IMG/VR virus record: IMGVR_UViG_2675903654_000024
Span: 1 to 6,995 of that record
DNA: 6,995 bases
Source: a virus
Taxonomy: Duplodnaviria; Heunggongvirae; Uroviricota; Caudoviricetes
Strand: one strand, 5' to 3'
Shown here piece after piece: positions 1-5,198 of the stretch (position 1 is the stretch's first letter; each line of letters starts with the position of its first letter). Made by a program: the position numbers and the translations under genes. The notes under the pieces are model-generated. The model was not told where the DNA came from. It made no database searches and saw only the letters and a program-made list of their open reading frames with translations.

Positions 1-1032
1 GAAGGCTGGGCCATACTCCTCCGGCAGAAGCAGAAAAAGCTTATTATGCTTCCATCGGAAACGATGATCTGGCAGCCTGAGTTCACAGATAAAACACTCT
101 CCAGGAAACCCGGGGCGGTTCAGATCGCAAGACAGGAACGGCTTGGGACGTCTGCCAATCAAAGCCTGCTTACATCCTTGCGTAACCTACGTGAAGAATT
201 AGCAAACCCTGCAACTGATTTGGATGTTACGTTTGATCTCTTGCGTCAGCACAGAACAGCATTTAGATCTAATGTTCAGGGAGATGCTATGGTCTTCCCC
301 AACCAGGCAAAAGCAGCTACCAATATGGTAGAGAATGCAATGTCAAAAGACCTTCGTAACGCAGTTGCTAAAAACCTCGGTGCATCAGACGCAGCAAAAT
401 ACCTTAAAGCAAATTCCGATTATGCAAACGTTTATAATAAGGTGCTTAATAAAAACATTGCTAACAAGCTCAATAAGGCAAGTAGTGAAGCCAGCCCTGA
501 ACTTATAAGTACCGTTGTATTAAGCAGAAAACCATCTGACGTGAAACGAATCTGGAGCGCACTGGATGATAAGGGGAAAGATGCTATGCGTGCAGCTTAC
601 GTCAGCAAAATAGCGGAAAAGGCCGGGGACTCTCCAGCCAAGTTCATCACTGAAGTTAATAAGCTGAAATCTCAGTCAGGCGGTGAAATTTACAACACTA
701 TTTTTTCTGGAAAGCACATGAAAGAGCTTGATGCTCTTCATGAAGTTCTACAGCAAACAGCAAGGTCAGACACCGCAAATGTAGTAACTCAGACGGGGCA
801 ATTGCAAGCCAACAGGATAAGGACGATTGGCGCAACTGCGACCCTTGGTGTATCACTGGGACTTGAGGCTGGTTTCGGTGCAATCATGCGCTTGTATGAG
901 TCCAAAGCAGCAAGGAATGCTCTCTTACGTCTGGCAAACACCAAAGCAGGAACGCCAGCCTATGAAAGAGCGTTAAGTAACGCTGCAAATGCCGTCAGGC
1001 CGCTGTTTGCTACTGAGGCAACACGGCAGTAA
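1..1032 (+). CDS. Virion ejection / DNA-transfer protein (P22 gp16-like), 3' portion; gene starts upstream of the window
   Basis: The reading frame of the listed 46..1032 ORF is open from base 1 (gaa ggc tgg ... no stop before the Met at 46), and there is no Shine-Dalgarno before the ATG at 46, so the gene most likely continues upstream. The protein is Ala/Lys/Asn/Ser-rich and low in complexity, typical of internal ejection proteins. Its position immediately upstream of the immI module matches the P22 order 16 - (sieA) - mnt - arc - ant - 9. Product assignment is by synteny and composition, not by recognised sequence identity. Confidence 0.5.
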   Translation, partial: EGWAILLRQKQKKLIMLPSETMIWQPEFTDKTLSRKPGAVQIARQERLGTSANQSLLTSLRNLREELANPATDLDVTFDLLRQHRTAFRSNVQGDAMVFPNQAKAATNMVENAMSKDLRNAVAKNLGASDAAKYLKANSDYANVYNKVLNKNIANKLNKASSEASPELISTVVLSRKPSDVKRIWSALDDKGKDAMRAAYVSKIAEKAGDSPAKFITEVNKLKSQSGGEIYNTIFSGKHMKELDALHEVLQQTARSDTANVVTQTGQLQANRIRTIGATATLGVSLGLEAGFGAIMRLYESKAARNALLRLANTKAGTPAYERALSNAANAVRPLFATEATRQ

Positions 1033-1056
1033 CGTATGGGAAATTGGATTCAATCG

Positions 1057-1446
1057 CTAACATTTTCTTTTTACTTTTCCAACAAAAGCTTTGGTTGAAT
1101 CCATATTTCCATAACCGGAAATGGTTTTTGACATTAAAACTGTTCCAGTAGGATGTATTACCCATGAGTCGATAACGCGTTGAGTTTCGCCATTCGCGCC
1201 GATTCCTATGATGGAGTTTTTAGACAATTCTTTGTAAGCCATGCCGCCCGCATCTGTCCCAGAATATGTGATGCTGGCATCTTCACCGCTTGTCTTAATG
1301 ATGAATGTTCCACTAAAACCATCTTCTTCCGGATGGAAATTATTTCGCTCTGAATAGCTTATTCCGCGCATATCTCCAACGACCCAGCACTCTGCTGTAG
1401 CCCCAAAAGATATGAATAAGAACATAGCAGCAAGAAATTGCTTCAC
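1057..1446 (-). CDS. Sec-signal-peptide secreted/periplasmic protein of unknown function (prophage cargo gene)
   Basis: GTG start (plus-strand cac at 1444..1446) preceded on the coding strand by a strong AAGGAGG Shine-Dalgarno (plus-strand cctcctt at 1452..1458, 5-nt spacer). N-terminus MKQFLAAMFLFISFGATA/EC has a basic n-region, hydrophobic core and A-T-A cleavage motif. There is no lipobox (Cys is not at +1). The mature ~111 aa has two Cys, one near each end. Confidence 0.7.
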   Translation of the reverse strand: MKQFLAAMFLFISFGATAECWVVGDMRGISYSERNNFHPEEDGFSGTFIIKTSGEDASITYSGTDAGGMAYKELSKNSIIGIGANGETQRVIDSWVIHPTGTVLMSKTISGYGNMDSTKAFVGKVKRKC

Positions 1447-1814
1447 ACCAACCTCCTTAGTTTTGAGCAGGATACCAGATGATACTTTATTGGTGGAGTG
1501 GTGTGTGAAAACGTGTCAACGACAAACCATCCACAACTTGGACGAATGATTTAGCAAAAAGTGCTATTTTTGGTGTTTGGTGTCATAGAAACGTGAATAG
1601 CTTACTTTTCAACATTGCATGAAACTTGCAGGAAATGTGACATTACCTTATAGGTAACTTCGGCGAAAATGCAGTAAATGTGAAACGTAATGGTTTAAAC
1701 ATGTCGCTAAAGTGGTTGTAAGTTAGCCTCCGAAGGATTGCTGATAGCTTTGTTATAGTATTAAATGACATTTGACATAGTTGGATACTTAGCTGCGGCT
1801 ATCAAGATGGAGGT

Positions 1815-2264
1815 ATGTTTATGCTCACTTGTTTTGATGTCGCCGACTACTTCTTGGCGCATTGCGATGAAGAAAGTGGCGACATTATCTCTAACCTAAA
1901 AATTCAGAAGTTGACGTATTATGCCCAAGGGTTTTCTCTGGTTCTTCTGGGTAAGCCGCTATTTAATGAGAAAATTGAAGCCTGGATGCATGGGCCAGTA
2001 GTTCCTGAATTGTATCGTAAATATAGGGACTGTGGTAACGGCGCTTTACCTGCGCCAGAAAACTTTGACGCTAAAAAATTCAGTGAAGATGAAATTGAAT
2101 TGCTGGATGAGGTGTATAAAGTTTATGGTCAGTTTTCTGCCTGGAAACTGCGCAATATGACTCACGAAGAGCAGCCATGGAAAGATGCTTACATTGAGGG
2201 TGCGGTTAGCCAAGAAATCACACTTGATTCTATGAAAGGTTTTTTCAAAACGTTAATTAACTGA
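1815..2264 (+). CDS. Panacea/DUF4065-domain protein (PanA/SocA-type antitoxin-like)
   Basis: Residues ~27-67 (NLKIQKLTYYAQGFSLVLLGKPLFNEKIEAWMHGPVVPELY) match the signature I recall for DUF4065/Panacea 'phage-associated protein' family members (KLQKLLYYAQ ... GKPLF ... EAWxxGPVxPxxY). Size (147-149 aa) fits the family. GGAGG at 1809..1813 is 1 nt from the ATG at 1815 and 7 nt from the in-frame ATG at 1821, so 1821 is the more likely true start. TTGACA hexamer at 1772..1777 upstream. Confidence 0.7.
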   Translation: MFMLTCFDVADYFLAHCDEESGDIISNLKIQKLTYYAQGFSLVLLGKPLFNEKIEAWMHGPVVPELYRKYRDCGNGALPAPENFDAKKFSEDEIELLDEVYKVYGQFSAWKLRNMTHEEQPWKDAYIEGAVSQEITLDSMKGFFKTLIN

Positions 2265-2269
2265 CGTGT

Positions 2270-2692
2270 ATGTCTAGAGTTAAGGGAAGAATAAAACAGA
2301 GGGATAAAGAGAGCTCTGCTACTGTTGGCCTCTCTATCCATCACGAATCTCATGATGTAGACAAAAGTCCGCCTGTATTTTCTCTTAGATACCTACAAAA
2401 GGGGTATTGCCTAGATTGCTGCCAAAAGCATGAAAAGGCAGCATTTGCAGATAGGCTGTTCAGGTTAAGTCAGATGTCATGGGATGAGATACGAAAATCT
2501 GATAAACACGGGCTTGGGACGGAAAAAATTGCCAGAAACGCGATAAAGGCTCCGATTCCTAAGCATGTTACTCAAGATGTGGATTTCATTGCGTTCAGAT
2601 TTTGCTCTAAGGCACCTATGGTTGGTTATAAGATAGGAGCCACTTTTTATGTCTTATGGCTCGACAGGGAGTTCAAGCTATACAAGCACTAA
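2270..2692 (+). CDS. Hypothetical basic protein; candidate toxin/effector partner co-transcribed with the Panacea-domain gene
   Basis: ATG at 2270 lies 5 nt after the upstream stop (tga 2262..2264) with no independent Shine-Dalgarno, suggesting translational coupling. 140 aa, Lys/Arg/His-rich, no hydrophobic segment, a CLDCC cysteine cluster, and a C-terminus (GYKIGATFYVLWLDREFKLYKH) loosely reminiscent of RelE/ParE-type toxin C-termini; that resemblance is weak and unverified. Followed immediately by a strong intrinsic terminator. Confidence 0.6.
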   Translation: MSRVKGRIKQRDKESSATVGLSIHHESHDVDKSPPVFSLRYLQKGYCLDCCQKHEKAAFADRLFRLSQMSWDEIRKSDKHGLGTEKIARNAIKAPIPKHVTQDVDFIAFRFCSKAPMVGYKIGATFYVLWLDREFKLYKH

Positions 2693-2693
2693 T

Positions 2694-2719
2694 AAAACCC
2701 ACCGTCAGGTGGGTTTTTT
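2694..2719. terminator. Bidirectional rho-independent terminator between the convergent Panacea operon and the zinc-ribbon gene
   Basis: Perfect 10-bp stem AAAACCCACC (2694..2703) / GGTGGGTTTT (2708..2717), 4-nt loop GTCA, T-run 2714..2719 on the plus strand and an A-run on the left flank (U-run for the minus-strand transcript). Lies 1 nt after the stop of 2270..2692 and 17 nt after the stop of the minus-strand gene 2736..2939. Confidence 0.75.
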
Positions 2720-2735
2720 GTTGGAGATAAAATGG

Positions 2736-2939
2736 TTAACCAAATCGATCCTTAAAGCGTCTATCGCTGTTGCGTCTCTCCATTTTACTGTTGCAGTACG
2801 GACAAAGATGCTGTTTCTTTCCATCGATAGTCCATGTGAAGTACTTTTTCTTAAATCCAGCACCACAGATATCGCAACTTCTTGGTTTAAACATGCTGGC
2901 TATGAAGACAAGAACAACAAATCCTATGATCCATTCCAT
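2736..2939 (-). CDS. Small membrane-anchored zinc-ribbon protein (N-terminal transmembrane helix plus CxxC-N20-CxxC)
   Basis: 67 aa. N-terminal hydrophobic segment MEWIIGFVVLVFIASMF, then CDIC ... CPYC with about 20 residues between the Cys pairs (zinc-ribbon pattern), and a basic C-terminal tail. Weak AGGT ribosome-binding site upstream on the minus strand. The two overlapping plus-strand ORFs lack these protein-like features. Confidence 0.6.
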   Translation of the reverse strand: MEWIIGFVVLVFIASMFKPRSCDICGAGFKKKYFTWTIDGKKQHLCPYCNSKMERRNSDRRFKDRFG

Positions 2940-3080
2940 ATCATGTACCTGTTTTAACTTTATTTTTTGTTTTTTAGGGATTAATCAGAAACTTTATCTT
3001 GCGATTAAGCAAAGCTACTAGCTAACAAAAGAGTGCGTATACAATCAATCGTTTCACATCAACCTCAACAAGGAGAAATC

Positions 3081-3266
3081 ATGACCATAGAAGAACGCCT
3101 GAACAACATTGAGTTGAACCAAACCCTGCTTGACCAGCGACTTTCAGATCTTGAGCTTAAAGATCTTGATGCGCAAATATCAGAAGCAGAAGCCAAGCTC
3201 TCCAGCCTAAACCACCGCAAGAAGCAAATCCGCAACAGAATTACTCAGGGACGCGGAAGCTGTTGA
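3081..3266 (+). CDS. Small coiled-coil protein, hypothetical
   Basis: ATG at 3081 is preceded by AAGGAG (3070..3075) at 5-nt spacing. The listed ORF start at 3033 is a GTG without a good ribosome-binding site, so I take 3081 as the start (61 aa). Sequence is Glu/Leu/Lys/Asn-rich (IEERLNNIELNQTLLDQRLSDLELKDLDAQISEAEAKL), consistent with a coiled coil. Its 3' end overlaps the convergent gene 3241..3450 by 26 bp. Confidence 0.5.
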   Translation: MTIEERLNNIELNQTLLDQRLSDLELKDLDAQISEAEAKLSSLNHRKKQIRNRITQGRGSC

Positions 3267-3450
3267 GGTGGGATGCTAGGTCTCTATCGTTAAAATCAAG
3301 GCTGCTAATCATTTCATTGTAAATGGCGTTTTTATCTTCCATTGGCAGTCTTGAGTAAACCAGACACAGAGCATATTTCAGGGAGTTTAGCTCTTTCTCT
3401 AGCTCTTCCTTGCTTGACGTTTTTGACTTAATAAACTGTTTTTTATTCAT
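3241..3450 (-). CDS. Hypothetical 69-aa protein translationally coupled to the end of mnt
   Basis: Its start codon overlaps the mnt stop in an ATGA arrangement (plus-strand tcat at 3447..3450), the classic sign of co-transcription and translational coupling with the upstream Mnt-like gene. No recognisable domain. Confidence 0.55.
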   Translation of the reverse strand: MNKKQFIKSKTSSKEELEKELNSLKYALCLVYSRLPMEDKNAIYNEMISSLDFNDRDLASHLNSFRVPE

Positions 3451-3695
3451 TTTGCATCCTTACCATACATGGTTTTCAGTGTTTCAAGCAGCGCCTCTTT
3501 GAATTTGTCAGCTTCTTGCTGAGCAAATGACTCAACTGACTTTGGCGACCTATCTTCATCAATCGCGGCTTGCAAAATCATGACGATCTCGGAGTTAACA
3601 GAGCGACCATTTTTTGATGCTCTGACAGCAAGAGCCTCGCGCAAAGATTCAGGGATTCTTACCGTAGTTGGAGAAATTGACACACCCTTTGCCAT
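3447..3695 (-). CDS. mnt: Mnt-like ribbon-helix-helix repressor (immI maintenance-of-lysogeny repressor)
   Basis: 82 aa. The N-terminal segment VRIPESLREALAVRASKNGRSVNSEIVMILQAAI aligns with the P22 Mnt motif as I recall it (FRMPMEVREKLKFRAEANGRSMNSELLQIVQDAL). Divergent from an Arc-like gene, as in P22 immI. AGGTG Shine-Dalgarno upstream on the minus strand. Confidence 0.85.
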   Translation of the reverse strand: MAKGVSISPTTVRIPESLREALAVRASKNGRSVNSEIVMILQAAIDEDRSPKSVESFAQQEADKFKEALLETLKTMYGKDAK

Positions 3696-3809
3696 AGCAC
3701 ACCTTTGGTATTCAATTTGATATCAAAGTGTATGCAAAAGAAATTTGACTAGATATACTCACTTTGCTATCTTTTGTATTCGAAAAGAGTCGCTTGTGCG
3801 GAGGGTAAC
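3696..3809. promoter_or_regulatory. Divergent immI control region (candidate Pant, Pmnt and Arc/Mnt operators)
   Basis: 114-bp gap between divergent mnt and arc. Plus strand: TTGACT (3745..3750), 17 bp, TATCTT (3768..3773) as candidate Pant, about 35 nt upstream of arc. Inverted repeat AGATA (3751..3755) / TATCT (3768..3772) sits inside that spacer, where the Arc operator lies in P22. Perfect 12-bp palindrome TTTGATATCAAA at 3716..3727, 21 bp upstream of the mnt start. Operator assignments are by analogy to P22 only. Confidence 0.55.
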
Positions 3810-3962
3810 ATGGAGAAAGAAATAAGTAAGATTTTGGTAAGGATGCCGCAGTCGTTAAAGGACGCTATCGGTAGCAGGGCAAAGGAAGAATGCCGGTCGT
3901 TTAACTCGGAAGTGATTAAGCGGTTGATAGACAGCCTGAAGAGAGAGGGGATAACGGTGTGA
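3810..3962 (+). CDS. arc: Arc-like ribbon-helix-helix repressor
   Basis: The listed ORF starts at 3774, but the in-frame ATG at 3810 is preceded by GGAGGG (3800..3805), giving 50 aa. The sequence KILVRMPQSLKDAIGSRAKEECRSFNSEVIKRLIDSLKREG aligns with P22 Arc as I recall it (FNLRWPREVLDLVRKVAEENGRSVNSEIYQRVMESFKKEG). Divergent from mnt, upstream of ant. Confidence 0.85.
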   Translation: MEKEISKILVRMPQSLKDAIGSRAKEECRSFNSEVIKRLIDSLKREGITV

Positions 3963-4114
3963 TTCGCTTGGATGCAGTAGTCAAAGAGATTGCGATTACC
4001 ATTTTAAGACCAAATTTTGTTCATGGCGAATCATTTGGCACGAACGAAAAATTGAGAAGAGAAAGAGTATTCAGTGGCAAGCGCACATTTTCAGAAGTGA
4101 TGCTTGATGCGGCA

Positions 4115-4194
4115 AAGAAATCAAAACAGTGAAGCCCCAACTGCGGTAACAGTCAGGGCTTCGGTTGTCGGTAAATTCGTGGAGAAAAACCAAC
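4115..4194 (-). ncRNA. Candidate sar-like antisense RNA covering the ant ribosome-binding site (approximate ends)
   Basis: Minus-strand extended -10 (TGcTATACT; plus-strand AGTATA at 4201..4206 with gca at 4207..4209) would start transcription near 4193, running leftward across the ant Shine-Dalgarno (GGAGA 4181..4185). The hairpin at 4131..4162 forms a fully paired 13-bp stem (two G-U pairs, loop UUACCG) only in the minus-strand RNA, followed by U-rich ACUGUUUUGAUUUCUUU; the plus-strand version has two C-A mismatches. P22 has a ~69-nt sar RNA with this role. Ends are inferred, not measured. Confidence 0.4.
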
Positions 4195-5097
4195 ATGAAT
4201 AGTATAGCAATTTTAGAAGCAGTGAACACCTCTTACGTACCATTCAACGGTCAGCAAATTATCACCGCCATGGCTGCCGGAGTTGCATATGTTGCGATGA
4301 AGCCAATCGTTGAAAACCTTGGAATGAGCTGGTCAACGCAGCAAACAAAACTCATGAAGCAGATTAGCAAATTCAACTGTGTTCATATGAACATGGTTGC
4401 CGCTGATGGGAAGCTTCGTAAGCTACTCTGCCTTCCTTTGAAGAAGTTAAATGGATGGCTGTTCAGCATCAACCCCGAGAAAGTTCGAGCTGACATCCGC
4501 GATAAACTGATTCAGTACCAGGAAGAATGCTTTACTGTACTGCATGACTACTGGACAAAGGGAAAGGCAGAAAATGCACGTAAGAAAACATCTGTTGATG
4601 ACAGGACTCCGCTTCGTGATGCTGTAAATATGCTAGTCAGCAAAAAGCATCTAATGTACCCAGAAGCTTATGCAATGATTCATCAGCGTTTCAATGTGGA
4701 AAGTATTGAAGAGCTTGATGCATCTCAGATACCGCAAGCCGTAGAGTACATCCACAGGGTAGTGCTTGAAGGTGAGTTCATCGGCAAACAAGAGAAGAAG
4801 CCCAACGGGCTTTCCGCAAAAGAAACAGACATCCTTGTATGGCTGTGGGATTATGCCAACCGCTCACAGGCATTATTCCGCGAACTGTATCCGGCGCTGA
4901 AACAAATTCAATCGAACTATTCCGGCAGATGTCATGACTGCGGTTATGAGTTCTCCCGTATTATCGATATAGCGAGAGACGTTTTAATCAATCACACACT
5001 AGATGTTGATATTAATGAGCCAGACGGACCAACGAATCGTTCCGCATGGATGAGACTTAAGAATAAAGAATTACCTCCTTCAGTACATAACTACTGA
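4195..5097 (+). CDS. ant: Antirepressor Ant (P22 Ant-like)
   Basis: The listed ORF begins at a TTG (4165), but the in-frame ATG at 4195 follows GGAGA (4181..4185) and gives exactly 300 aa, the length of P22 Ant. It is directly downstream of arc and upstream of the tailspike gene, as in P22 immI. Identity is by synteny and length; my recall of the P22 Ant sequence itself is partial. Confidence 0.8.
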   Translation: MNSIAILEAVNTSYVPFNGQQIITAMAAGVAYVAMKPIVENLGMSWSTQQTKLMKQISKFNCVHMNMVAADGKLRKLLCLPLKKLNGWLFSINPEKVRADIRDKLIQYQEECFTVLHDYWTKGKAENARKKTSVDDRTPLRDAVNMLVSKKHLMYPEAYAMIHQRFNVESIEELDASQIPQAVEYIHRVVLEGEFIGKQEKKPNGLSAKETDILVWLWDYANRSQALFRELYPALKQIQSNYSGRCHDCGYEFSRIIDIARDVLINHTLDVDINEPDGPTNRSAWMRLKNKELPPSVHNY

Positions 5098-5115
5098 CAG
5101 ATAACCAACGCAACG

Positions 5116-5140
5116 ACCCAGCTTCGGCTGGGTTTTTTTT
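5116..5140 (+). terminator. Rho-independent terminator downstream of ant
   Basis: Stem ACCCAGC (5116..5122) / GCTGGGT (5127..5133) with a TTCG tetraloop, followed by an 8-T run (5133..5140), 19 nt after the ant stop codon. Confidence 0.8.
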
Positions 5141-5198
5141 ATGCCCAAAATTCACCGTAGCCATGCTGCGGCGATTCCTTGCATCTGGAGCAAATTAA

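Noticed and set aside
698-883. 61-aa minus-strand ORF
   Set aside because: Lies entirely inside the ejection-protein gene on the opposite strand, with no ribosome-binding site or protein-like features. Likely a chance open frame.
1057-1446. Lipoprotein assignment for the secreted protein
   Set aside because: The Cys is two residues after the predicted A-T-A cleavage site and is preceded by Glu, so there is no L-[AS]-[GA]-C lipobox. Called as a Sec-cleaved periplasmic or secreted protein instead.
1504-1519. Possible CRP site (TGTGA-N6-GTCAA)
   Set aside because: Only the left half-site matches the TGTGA-N6-TCACA consensus; the right half is a poor match. Not called as a CRP site.
2649-3021. 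Plus-strand ORFs 2649..2957 and 2770..3021
   Set aside because: They overlap each other and the minus-strand zinc-ribbon gene, and 2649..2957 runs through the strong terminator hairpin at 2694..2719. The translations are low-complexity and Leu/Phe/Ser-rich, with none of the TM-plus-CxxC structure seen on the minus strand.
3033-3080. Upstream GTG start for the coiled-coil gene
   Set aside because: No Shine-Dalgarno before 3033, whereas the ATG at 3081 has AAGGAG at ideal spacing.
3774-3809. Upstream ATG start for arc (62-aa version)
   Set aside because: The ATG at 3810 has GGAGGG immediately upstream and gives a 50-aa protein close to the 53 aa of P22 Arc; the 3774 start would put the Shine-Dalgarno inside the coding sequence and overlap the candidate promoter.
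4165-4194. TTG start for ant (310-aa version)
   Set aside because: The ATG at 4195 follows GGAGA and gives exactly 300 aa; the extra ten residues would be translated from the ribosome-binding site region.
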